From the NCBI GenBank assembly GCA_028534125.1, contig CM052816.1:37512001-37576000 (forward strand): 64,000 nt of DNA, in the 5' to 3' direction. Below the pieces are notes generated by a model. It searched no databases and was not told the DNA's origin. It worked only from the letters and a program-made list of their open reading frames with translations. The position numbers were made by a program, and so were the translations under genes. Within the stretch, counting starts at the first letter, position 1, and every line of letters begins with the position of its first letter. Positions 52,236 through 64,000 of this stretch are shown here, in pieces. Origin of the DNA: Lama glama (Eukaryota).

Positions 52236-55200
52236 AACCCTCTTTAGTAAGGAGGAAGGACAGAAATTAAGGAAGAAATTAATTAGAATTATCAAGTTTG
52301 TGTTAATTAAAAATAATACATCAAAAGAAGAGGCATGCAAAGAATGGACTCTGACATTACCATGTTTGAGTTCCCTTTTATATGAAGACAACAAGTGGGA
52401 TAATTGGCAAAATGAAATGAGGATTCACGGATACTTGTTTTGTTAATGCTGGTTGCAAGAATCTCAGGAGACTGACAGACGTGTGAAGCACATGAGATAC
52501 TGTCAGTTATGCAAGCAAGATAAGCACAGATCTTTTATTTATAGTGCTTATCCTGATGTAGATCTTATTCCTTGATCTCCAAAAAAGAAATAAATCTTTA
52601 CCCAAATCTCTCCCCAAGGTGAAGCACTTTTTGCCCCAATTATTACCTTGCATGCGGTTTTGTTCATTTACATCTGTCAACAAGAGGTGGGGCTGATTTA
52701 GTTAGCCCCCGAAAATGCCTCTGCCACATTTAATTTTTAGGTTGCAAACATATAAAATACTCAGAATTTTTCCTCAGTTATCTGTGTCTGAATGTACATT
52801 ATTAAACAAATATTATATTTTATTTTCATTAAACATACACTCATATAAAATATAAGGATATATTACATATACATAATTATATCTTTGTATCTATATATAG
52901 GTATATATAAGCACACATGGTCAGAGTTTTAGATATAGACAAAACTAAATAGAGCTGGATAGATAAAATACTGATAAATATGAATAAATACAGATATTTA
53001 ACCTGAAAAATCAGTTTGGTTAATACTCTATATCATGACCAATTGAGAAATATGCCTCTTTGGTGTAAAAATCATGTATAATGAGTAAGAAAACACAAAG
53101 AATTACATTTTCAAATCAGACTCACAAGTGAATAATCTTACCATGGATCAAGGATACACGTAATTACAAGTCATGAATGAAGCAGGAAGAAAACAGCGAC
53201 CACCAGCCTAGCTCTGCACGTTCTTCTTTGCTGCATCTAAATGCACCGTGGCCAGAACTTGTGTGTTAGTTCTCAGATGTGTGCATCTACTTGACTTAAG
53301 AGGAAAGAGCTCTTTTGATTATGCAACATCTGCATTTTATAAACATATAGTTACATAGCTTTTAGGACATTTTGCAGAGAACCATGCTCCATAAATCTGT
53401 ACTTTCCAGGTTACCGTAAGCTATCTTAGGCAGATTGAGGTATATCCTACTAAAAGCATTCCACAGAAAATCTCTCCTACTACTAAATACCACTAGTGTG
53501 CTTGCCAGTAGACCTATCATCTTGTACAGATTTGTAAGCATGTATGACATCTTTCTTTCCCAGAGGGAAATCCCCAGTCATGGAAAACAAGGGGTTGTAG
53601 ACCTCTTACATGACTTCCTTCTCACTAAGAAAGCAAGAAAAATTTGAACAGAACATGAGTTTTAGAAGACATTCAGTGAATGTCTCTTAAATCTATTTGA
53701 AAGAGATATGGAAATGATTGAATTGAGTTACTGAATGACTTTTAGTTCTGTTGCTGAAATAAAGACTTTTTTCATACACACACACTCTCATACACACATA
53801 CCCCTCTATACCACTTCCAAATCATATGAGATGAACACCTGAGAATCTCAAAGAATATAAAGTCAGTGCCATGAAGCTCTTCTAGGATGCATGTGAATAA
53901 ATTAAATAGTGGATTAATAGAAGAAATTGAATATCTTCATTTTGACTAATGAAAATGAAATTTTAATTTGTAGTATTTAGTACCAAATAATCTGAAGACA
54001 AAAAGGCTAGTAGAGAATACTTTACATGTGGGTATTTAATTTGAAAGAAATTTTGCAACAATTTTTTAAAAATATTTGTAATTTTGATGAGTATAAATAC
54101 TACATAAAATATTAAGAAATAGTATATCATAAGATGGCATTACATCTATACTAATTTTAATACTTGATTTGAATTATATAGAGAGCTGGTGAACTCAAAG
54201 TCATTTCCTGTAGAACTGTTTTCCATATGATCTAATTTGAAATTCATCTGCTTCACAATCACCTGGAGTCAGGTAAAAAAATGTGTGTATCTAAGTGTCA
54301 GGGATATTGAATTAAATCTCCCTTGTTGGATTTAAAAAATCTGTTTTTAGTGAGCCTCAAATGTGATTTTTCTTTCTTTGCTTGGCAGTATAAAGCATGT
54401 GATTCAGTACCAGAGACTCCAAGGATAAATGAGAATAATATCATGATGCTTAAGCTAATAATATAATAGTCCAGTTCTGATAACTGAATGAGGCAATTTA
54501 GCATTTTGGCCATTAGTGGGCACTCAAACATATGTTCCCATATGGTCTTCTCAAAATTATTCTGAAAAATTTTAGGGATAAAAAGTACTTTAATTTAGGA
54601 GTCAGACATAAAGTAAAATTAATAGGATAATCATATAATTTTTTAATAGTGGAGATGGGAAAACTTAAACAGCAAATCCATTTTAAAAAATGCCTCAAAG
54701 CGTAGAGCCTAAAGATTAAGTATAGCAAAGGCATTAGGAGGAAACAATTTTTTAAATAAAAATAAATATCTAATCCTTGTTCAAGCATTTGATTAGCCTA
54801 AAACCTTTTCTTGGAACATTTTACTTGAATATTTTAAGAACTAGGAAAAAGAACTGGAAAAGATAGACAAAAGAAACAAAGGTGATGAAGATACAGTTTC
54901 AAATGACAAAATCTCAGGAGATTACAACCAAAAGCCAGAGAAGATGAAAATTAAGTGGGCATATAGTTTAAGATAGACTGTTAAGGCAGAGTCTATTAAC
55001 AGGACATAACCAGAATACTGGAAAAGAAGGTTATTTGTGAAAGTAGAAATATAACTTTAGAACAAGTAAAATAGGCCTGGCAGGGATAAATAAATAGAAT
55101 ACATGTATTTTTCTTTATCCAGATGTCAAAATATGAAATCACTTGAATGGAATTTAGATAAATAAGTGGTTTGCTGAATGTGGGGAGGAATTTATAGATA

Positions 55201-55501
55201 CACATACTATATGCCTTAAATTCTTAATAGGTCAGCCTAACATTAGGATGAATGGATAAATGAATAAATAAAGTGACTAAAATGGCACACTGTTACCCTA
55301 AAAGGGAAATATCCATTAACTAGCAATAGAATAATTTTGAAACAATATATGTGTATTGTTCTTTTACTTAAAATATATACATTAAAAATAAAACTCCAAG
55401 TATTTTCTGTAACTTAATAAGCATATTCTATAGTTCAGAAAACTTGTATTTGATTAGGAGTCAATTACTAATATTTTTCCATATGGTTCATGACCAGGAG
55501 T

Positions 55502-55998
55502 TGTTCGCGAACACAGCAGGCCATATCATGTCACTGACTGGAAAAGAATTTACCAAAGACAAAGGAAAGTTAAGAGACAAAGTTTAACAGACATGCTGCT
55601 AGAGGCAATGGCAGGCCACACAGAGGAGAGGCGTCGGCGTGAGCCCTGAGCATCTGTTACTGAGGTCTTTTATTAGAGAGGGTTACATCAGGTACCACAC
55701 AAGTTTTGACTGGTTGTAGGTGAGGTAAGAAGTTTAGGGTCAGTGAAGGGCAGTGGGATGTGACTGATCAGGTGGTGACATGGGCTGAAATGGACCCGCC
55801 TGAGCTATCGTGAGATGAGGCATTACCTAGGGCGGTTAGTTTGTTAGGGGAAACACGCCCAGTAAAGAACGTACTTTATCTGTTGAGGAGTCAAAGGCTG
55901 ACATCTGAGAGCTCAGGAAAGATGAGGGGTGGGTCATTGGACTTGGAAGGATGCCAGATGGCCCCCCACATGAGGGCCTGGTCTTAGCATTCCCCTCA
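55502..55998 (-). mobile_element. ERV solo LTR, probably lineage-specific
   Basis: TG...CA termini (minus strand TGAGGGGAATG...GTTCGCGAACA); minus-strand AATAAA near 55670; AGTTG repeated at both junctions; GC-rich with CpGs retained. Confidence 0.7.
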
Positions 55999-56029
55999 GT
56001 TGGACTAAATGTTGGACAGTTTTTCTTCT

Positions 56030-56415
56030 CCACTCTAGATTCCTGACCTTCCTTTTCAGAGTATTTCCTTTAGAAAACTTAAAATTGTAAATTCTTTCTC
56101 TGCCCCTTTGAGATGTAAATCTCTAGTCTCTTGCCAGTTTTACAACTCAGAAATATCTGTCTCAAAGACCTGGGATCCATCCCTTGGAAACATAGTCAAG
56201 AAAGAGAGAGCCTCTCTTTCCTAGTCCCTGTGGAAGCATAAGATTCTAATTCAGTAAAAATCAATTAGCACATAAAGATCTCCTAATCAGTGACCAACCT
56301 CTTGGCAATGTCCTCTAGTACAAAGCACTAGCTCACCATAGCACTTAAAAACTCTCCTACCTCTTATTTCAGCGAAGTTGGGGTCAGTCTCTCTCTCTTA
56401 TAGCATTGGATAAAT
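56030..56415 (+). mobile_element. Old ERV1-class LTR (MER4-group-like; subfamily not determined)
   Basis: tttagaaaactt..attgtaaattctttctctgcccctttgagatgtaaatct...gcacttaaaaactctcct...ttcagcgaagttg. Confidence 0.75.
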
Positions 56416-57512
56416 AGACATTGAATATTAGCATAACAATTAGATGTTATTATTTGCTTGCTTGGCTTCAAGTAGACCAAGTTAAATTATCTAATTACTC
56501 TAAAGAACTGTCTGTATTTAAAAAAAATACTTAAAAAAATAAAAAGGAATATGGCCCGTGTCATTTAAATATTGGCTATATTTATCAGAGTTTGCACTAA
56601 ACTGTGCATGTTGTCAGATGAATGCAAAAATTATCTTGTTTATTTTAAACGTTCATCCCTTAAAATACATAGTTAGTAGTGTGTTAATTTCACATGTCAG
56701 GAGAAATTATCTAACATTAAGACTCAATTACTATTTTTATCCTCTATAAGAAATATCTATAACCTTGAGTTCTGTGTAATTAGTATCAGAGGACCCCAAA
56801 ATTATTTCACATGAAGGAGAGAAAAAAAATACAGGTTTTTACTGATGTTTTACTTTTGGAAAACGTTGAAATGTTTTAAAAGCTGTAGTGAGTACATATC
56901 ATTCTCTGATACCTGGAGCTTTTAGATAAAATGATTAAATCCCCATCAATCACTCCATGTGGCAGCAATAACAATGCTAGTGGAACAGAGCATTGTTACA
57001 AGATCAGTGCCTCCTGCTTTAAGAGTCAACGTCTCAGCTTTACCTCATTTATTTTTCATAACTTCCTTGCCTTTGACTCAGCGTTTAGGAAGCAGTGGGA
57101 GACTATTTTCTGACTATTCCTGATGTTCAATGTCATTTAAGTATTATATTTAGAGGTAATAAAATTGCATAACAATTGAGAGTCATATTTTAAGATTCTA
57201 AAATATTAAGGAATGTGAAAAGCTTAACACGTTAGAAGCAGTTTGGAAAATTATGAAATAGGTTTTGATTAATCACTGTTATTTATGCATTTGAAGATTA
57301 CTCTCAAATCCACAGAAGTCCTCTTAATCATAAAATATGTCCAGATTTAGTGTGCTCCCTGGTGTCAGTCCCTGGAGAATATCCTACAATCTCCATGTCA
57401 TCTTATATATTTGAACATGGAGCTATGGCACTGTGGGCAATATGCAAAGAGGTAAACACAGACACAAAGGTCACATAAAGGTGAATCTGCTGGCAAATAT
57501 TACTGAACACCC

Positions 57513-57982
57513 TGTATCAGTCAGGACTACTCAGAAAACAAACTCCCCAAAGCGCTTCTAATAAAAAATAATTGAACCCAAGGACTTGGATACTTAGCCA
57601 GTCTTTGGAAGGGATAGAGGATTACAAGTTAGCACACCGCTCTTAGGTTTTTGGCTTTTAGACCTCACCACCACCCCTGCCAAAGGACAGGAGAAGGTCA
57701 GGATCACACATGCCACACTCATAGCTGGTGACCAGGCAGTAGGATGTGCAGGCCAGTTCTGGCCACTGCACACTTCTCTCGAAGCATTTCTGTCTTCCTT
57801 CAGCATCTGAAAGACTCTATCAGCCATTGTCTAATTTTCACACAAGTGCATCTAACTGGTGAATCTTAATTTACCTGGAGCATTTGAGCTACCAATTAAT
57901 CTGGATTTTTTTTCATTCCTGTTGTCTCTGACTAGAAGGACAGTGGAATGAAGCTGGGGAATGCAATGCAGATACCTTGCAC
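57513..57982. mobile_element. Ancient LTR (LTR78/79-like)
   Basis: Starts tgtatcagtcagg, ends gcaca; about 470 bp. Confidence 0.5.
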
Positions 57983-58214
57983 AAAGACCTACTAAAGTAT
58001 GCAGAAAGCTTTACTGTCTAGAATAAGGGTGCAGAGGTGGATAAAATGAACATTTCACTCCAGTGTTTTCTTACCCTCAAGGCAACGGTTCATCATCTCA
58101 CCTTCCCGACTGGGACTATTTGCTCCATTTCCATTAAAAGCAAATCTTCCACAGAATCAGAAGCTCTGAAAATAGTATCAAAACTAACAACCTTATGAAA
58201 TCTTGATGGAAAAC

Positions 58215-58320
58215 ACAGGATTCAAAATTAGAAGACTTAGATTTCATCTTGACTTTGCGTTAAATTGTTGTTTGACCTAGGCGGGTAATTCAGACTCTTT
58301 AGGCCTAAAATATCTCCTGA
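58215..58320 (+). mobile_element. MIR fragment
   Basis: ttagaagacttagattt...tgacctaggcgggtaattca. Confidence 0.5.
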
Positions 58321-58669
58321 TTGAACTCACATTACTGTCACCTACTAGGTTCTATCAAGATCTGGAAGAATGTGGAGAGGTTAAAACCTTGTATGATTAT
58401 CCACTCTTAAGAAATCACTATCCAGGGACAACACAGAATATGTAATTACTGATTACATTAATGAAAGTATAAGCTGGTAAGGATGACAAATTCAGGCTGA
58501 GATTTTGGAAAGGCTTTAAATGTCGGGTGCATTTTATAAAAGGTCACAAAGGCTTTTGAGAGAGAACTAACTACATAGACAGGTGAGAAGGCCAGTAAAA
58601 TACAACAGCATGAAAAATCCTTTCTCTTTTTGAACAGTTTCCTTCTATTCCCTCAGCACTGAATTTGGG

Positions 58670-58960
58670 AAAAGTTTTACTCATTCTTTGAGTCTCCTGA
58701 TAAGAACATTTCTACTATGAGACTTTCCCTGATGTCCAAAACTAGTTTATATTCCTATGTTAAAATTTTTGAAACATCAGTCCTTCCTTTCTTTTTTCAA
58801 AATCTTGTGTTTATGCATGTTTTATTGTCTGACTTATTTATTAGATCTTAAGCTCCTTGAAGGCATGGATGAGGTTTAAATATATTGGATCCCCAGCCCC
58901 CAAACATCATGACATGTGGCATGTGGTGCACTTAACAAATAATTAAATATATGCATGGGT
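58670..58960 (+). mobile_element. L2 3' end
   Basis: taagctccttgaaggcatggat...gcacttaacaaataatt. Confidence 0.7.
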
Positions 58961-60379
58961 AAATGATTTTTTTCTGGATGGCAAGAAAATAGGGAGCAAA
59001 CTGGTAAGGTGGTAGCAGAGATAGAAAAGAAAGGTGGGTTGCAGAAATGTTATAAAGCATCTTGTGAAATAAGTTAAGGACTTCAGACTTTAGGAGGCAA
59101 AAGAGAACTTGCAAGACTGTTAAGTAGGAAGTGATTCTATATGATATGTTATAACTAGGTAGCTGATGAGAAGTATGCTGATTTATGAACTTCTCGGTAT
59201 GTCCAAATTGAGGGAAATGGCATTTATGGATTGTCGGCAGTTTCAGCATCTGAAGGAAGAGAATAAATTACTTCTGGAAGGGAATTCCTGGGTTTTGGAA
59301 AAAATGAGCATGGTGGGCCTTTTTTTAGACTAATTTAAAGCAAGTGCCTGCCGATTATTCTTGGAGAAAAGTGAGACGTCACTATAAATCTGAATTTAGA
59401 AGCTGAAGACTGAGAGATATTAATGTGCTTTGTTGAGAAACATGTATTAAATTTGTCTTTTGCCAGTCTGTGCCCTTGAAGAATTAGAGATGCATTTTTC
59501 ATAGCTACACATTAGGCCAGATGTTATTTAAAATGTAATTGACAGAAATGATTCTATTTAAGATGTAAAAATCTAGATTTTGGGAAATGGCACTATAGAC
59601 AACTCCGATGATTTTGTTATGGTCTCTTGAAGTCAGCCTCTTTGTTGGGTGTGGGATATTTCCTTTGGAGAACACAGGTTTCCTCTCTTGTGATCCTTCT
59701 GCTGTGGAATGTGAGCACTTTATATGAGGAAGAGAGTATGTTCTTGCTTTTGAGGTCCAAATACTTTGGAAGCTTGGTCTCTGAAAGTAAAGATACAGAA
59801 ATTTTAATTGGCCTCCTGTTATATGGGAATCTACGTGGATTTAAAGAAGCCCTGAGGTTCACTTACTAGGACTTGCTAACATGAGGGGACCCTGACCACA
59901 GTATTAGCTGCAGCTTATTCATGACTTCAGTTGGCCTCTGTGGGGCCTTTGGGAAAGTAAGGGTGTGGCTTGTGTCCACACTTGGACTAGAAACGAGACC
60001 GAGTAACTTGGGGAGATGGTCTGAAGTTGTATCAAAACTAATAAAGACACACAGTAGTCAGAAGTGATAGTGATAGAAGGTTGGATCTGCAAATAATGGA
60101 AACATACCAGAAGAAATTACCAAAGATTATGAAAGGAGGGAAACCTCAAAGAACAAATGTATCTTCTGCCAATGAAGACATGTAGGCACAGAACCTTTCT
60201 GGCTTCATCATGTTTATTTCTAGCCACTTCTCACCTATCCCTTTGTCTTTAACCCCTGCTAATAAATCTGTGTAGCTATGCATCTAATAGTCCATCTGCA
60301 TAATTGCACTTTTATTTGAAATTCAGGAATGGTGAGTATTGCAGTCAAGCCACTTGTCGGTGATGGAATCCGTTTCCCG

Positions 60380-60880
60380 CTCAGCACCTAAGCACTGGAA
60401 ATAGAGACACAAACAAGGGAGATAATTAAATTATCTTACACAGGCCCTCTTTCTGACAAAATGCAGAAAATAAAGAAGAAAACACGTGACTGAATAACAC
60501 AATTTTGAGTGGTGGTAAAGTCTATGAAAGAATAAAACAGGATGCAGGCCCATAAAAAGGAAAGGGGCCTTTAATACTGAAAATTCAGGAGCACTCTTCT
60601 CTGAGGAAGAACCACAGAAGAAGTCTGGGTTGTATTATTAAGTGTGATGCCAGTGTTTCGAATGGGTTTGAAGTAAGAGAATAGAATGCTGCCATTTATC
60701 AAAAGCACACGCAGGCTGTTGTGTGATGAATAAGTAGATCGTAGAACACACGTGGAAAGGGAGAGTCGGTTTGGACACTATTTCAGTAGCTCAGGTAGAA
60801 ATTGTTGTTGGCCCCGGCAGGATGGTAGCCATAATGGTAGAAAAGAACGATGAAATCTGAGAATTATTTTGAAATTAGGG
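60380..60880 (-). mobile_element. L2 fragment
   Basis: taagcactggaaatagag...gtctatgaaagaataaaacagg...ctatttcagtagctcagg. Confidence 0.7.
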
Positions 60881-61289
60881 TTTGTATTCACACACATACA
60901 CATTGGGGGCCAAGGCAGTTGAATTCATACATTATTATTCTTTTTTTTTTTCTAAACCACAGCATTTGGATAGCAATCAGTTAATTCATACAGCTTTATT
61001 AAATTCATAATAACTTAAAAGGCATTCTTTTCAGCTTTTAATAACTTCTTTGTGAGCTATACTTCTTTATTTATTAAAGGCCGGTGTTACTTAGGGTTTT
61101 TCAGCCCACATCCTCATCTAACTGGAAGTAATCTTCTTGAGAAGCCCTATATAGATCAATAAATTCAATAAGCTCCAAGTGCCTACAGCTTCTAAAACCT
61201 ATGTGTTCTGCCTAGTTTTCTTTTTCTGCATTCCATACGCTTATACTCAAATTCCTATTAGTTTTTGCATTTTATGCTGGCCGTTCTCT

Positions 61290-61746
61290 ATTTTTGACTA
61301 TAAATCCAGTCCCCATTCTTTCTTATCGTACTTTGTGACCTTAGAAGCTGAAAAACATGGACTCCATCCCTGTGGGCTCCCTTGGCCTCTGACTTTCTGA
61401 TGAGTTAGGGCAATGAGAGGCGTTGTCCGAGACGGAAAGATAGGAGAGAGAGATCAGGGTATCATTTCTGCAAACTTGTCAGGGTATTTATTACTCCCTG
61501 CTGTGAAGAGGTTTGCCAGTGGCTGAATTCATTAATTTCATGGCTTCTGTGAGGCAGCCTCACTTCTGGGACTGTATCTCCAACTAAATGCCAATAAAGT
61601 CTCCTTTTCTTTGCTTTAGGTCCATGAGATGATAACGACTTCCTGTGCTTCCTAATCCCTGGGTGCTTTACTTTTGCTGCTAGTCCCATTAATCTTGCTC
61701 ATTTCTTTGTTAATCCCTTAATTAAATATTTTAATTACTCCTTAGA
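61290..61746 (+). mobile_element. ERVL LTR33-like solo LTR
   Basis: gggctcccttggcctctgacttt...caatgagaggc...gtcagggtatttatt...aattaaat. Confidence 0.75.
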
Positions 61747-62118
61747 GAAAGTGTCAGCAAACTTTCTTTAAAGGGCCAGATAGTAAATAGTTCAGGCTTT
61801 GCAAGCCAAGAGTCAAAATGGGAGTATATTATGGATAACTTTATATCAAAAATCTTCTATATTTTTGACTGTTCCAGAATATAATAGAGTATATTTAATG
61901 TATTTTTATAATAATTATCTACTGATGAGAAAAATGGGATTAGGTGTTTGTGGGAAAAGGAGTGGATAACATATTGCCTAATTGGATTTTTAGGTTAGTA
62001 TTCCCTATCATCAAATTAAATGGAAATGTTCATCTATAAAAGTCATCCTTAGCTCCTGGGATGCACAAAATAGGCAGCAGGCTAATTTGGCACGTGGGCC
62101 ACAGTTCAGAGTGTGCTG
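61747..62118. mobile_element. MER58-family hAT-Charlie element inserted near the 3' end of the LTR33
   Basis: gtcagcaaactttctttaaagggccagatagtaaata...ggctttgcaagcca and aggcagcaggctaatttggcacgtgggccacagtt. Confidence 0.85.
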
Positions 62119-62144
62119 TAGGGTACTGCTTAGGACCTTAGTAA

Positions 62145-62745
62145 TTAACATCCAGGTGCCCAGTAGTTACCTCAAACTTGTTCATCATTTCATAGTGCTT
62201 CTCTTGATAACCAGTAACAACATTCACATCCTTCCACCAAAATGTTTTCTTCATATGCTCTCCATTGCTTAACCCCCAATACATTCTATCCAAAATACAA
62301 ATTGATGTTATTACTCTATTTAACTTCTTCTTCAGCCACTCATAGTCTTCAGGGAAAAAATGTTTCGCCGGCCCACGTCCTCATTGCTCTCCAGCATGCA
62401 CCCTCTGCTCTAGGTGTACTGATTCACTTGTGGATCTTTGATATGACCACCTTCCTTCATTCACTATACTTCTGAATCATCTGTTGGCCCTTTCATACTT
62501 CCTCTCCTGGTTAATGCTTCATGAAGTTTTTTGAAGTTACTTCTTCTATAGGCTAAATTAGATAACATTCAAAAAATCTCATTACACCTGTGTACACCTC
62601 TATCCCAGGACCATAGGACTGTATTGCAAATGGTGATGCATGTATAACAGTCTCCCTTACAAGCTCCCCGACAACTAGGATATAGTGACACATGGTGGGA
62701 CTGTTATACATGCTCACAGAATTAATCAATGAATGAATAGAATAC
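62145..62745 (+). mobile_element. L2 3' fragment
   Basis: Pyrimidine-rich sequence ending aatgaatgaatagaat. Confidence 0.6.
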
Positions 62746-63079
62746 ATGATTTGCTAGACTAGGTCTCAACAATCCACAAAGGCAATGCTGCAATTTAAAA
62801 AATTAGAAAATATTCATAATCCATCTCAAAATTCAATCTACTGTGTTAACATAGGTTGATTCGATTTTCTACAAACCCAGAAAAAAGGATTGCCCACACA
62901 AAGAAGAATGATGCAGTAAGGCTAAGAGACTATCTCAAAGACCACATTTTCAGCAGTTTAAAAGAGAAAAGGGGTCAATCAGACATTTTAGTTTGGAATG
63001 GCCACTTTATAAAAGCTACTTTGACCCCAAATAATTTTTGTTGATCATTCAGTGAACAGTGGTTCCGAGCCAGTCCTCA

Positions 63080-63260
63080 GGAGTTAGAAGTGTCCTGGTT
63101 CCATCCCATCTGACCCATATCTGCTCTGTGACCTTGAGCAAATTTCTTACTCTTCCACTGTCCTCTGTTCCGTTAACTATGGAATAGGAATAAAAATAAA
63201 ACTTGCTTAACAGGATAAGACCCTTAGCATTTTAACTGGTACAACTTAAGCCCCCAAAGA
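63080..63260 (+). mobile_element. MIR SINE
   Basis: ctctgtgaccttgagcaaatttctta. Confidence 0.65.
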
Positions 63261-63299
63261 TTAGTTTTTAGTTATAATTATTGTATTAGTATTACTGGT

Positions 63300-64000
63300 A
63301 TTAATATCACTGAGCACCTGTTGAGTTAGAGGAACTAAGTTTTGGAGATAGAATGTGTTCAAAGAGAAATCTAAACATAAGAGCATACCAGGGTGAAAGC
63401 TATAATTTAAGCAGATAAAAGATGGCATAATGGGAAAAATTTCAATGTGCAGTAGAATTTTGAAATTGACCTTGAAGGAGGAATATGAGTGCAGATGGAA
63501 ATAATATTTCAGACAATAGCATGACACTTATAAAAGCCGGGAAAGGAAAAAAAAAAGTTAAGAACCAAAAAGTTTAAGATAAAGGAGCACAAAGGTAAAC
63601 TTCTACTTGGACAACAACTGGGCTTTACTTTATCTAGAACTGCTCTTACTGCCAGACTGGTTTAGACCCCCAGCACTACTTAATGTTTATCTTCAGTATC
63701 AAAACTCTTATACCATATTGAAATTAAGAATGAACTCAATGACAGGAACTGGGTTTTTTTGGTCCCGTATCCTCAAAATGCAGCACATAAATGGGTGATG
63801 AATAAACATTTAAGTTGGTACCTGGAAACCCAAATGGAGAGCTGCTATAAAAGACCTAGTCAGAAATAATACTCAGGTGGAGAGAAGGGTCTTGATATGT
63901 AACTCATTTTTGAAGGAGAATCCAACAGCATTTTTATATTGTGTAAATTGGAATGAAAGGAAGAATCAATGATCACTTTAATGTAAGAGTTAAAGCAAAT
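63300..64000 (-). mobile_element. L2 fragments
   Basis: cactgagcacct...gaaattgaccttgaaggaggaatatga; attttgaaggagaatccaacagcattt. Confidence 0.5.

Noticed and set aside
1..64000. Prokaryotic-type systems (CRISPR, operons, defence islands), rRNA or tRNA genes, and viral or NUMT insertions
   Set aside because: The sequence is repeat-rich mammalian DNA. I saw no regularly spaced repeats, long ORFs, or recognisable RNA, viral or mitochondrial genes.

Overview
This is AT-rich, CpG-poor mammalian genomic DNA, not microbial. The L1 3' ends are cetartiodactyl-type, the youngest resembles camelid L1 from memory, and I saw no BovB, Bov-tA or PRE-1 SINEs, so the host is probably alpaca or camel. Much of the window is interspersed repeat: about ten L1 pieces (almost all on the minus strand), L2, MIR, MaLR/ERVL/ERV1 LTRs and hAT DNA-transposon remnants. 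There is one 500-N assembly gap inside a young L1. Most supplied ORFs are chance or repeat-derived; several are recognisable L1 ORF1/ORF2 remnants. The best non-repeat signal is the 3' end of an unidentified plus-strand gene built from very small exons: 30466-30504, 48250-48275, 50355-50367 and a terminal exon 51643-~52225 with two AATAAA signals. These splice in frame to ...SLDRIINKSEAHENIPEMRTKKHRKESQPKTSAL*, and skipping the 13-nt exon would switch the C-terminus. A 9-nt microexon candidate (746-754) and other exon-like islands lie upstream. I could not name the gene. Repeat family names come from remembered consensus sequences, not a search, and repeat boundaries are approximate unless a TSD is given.
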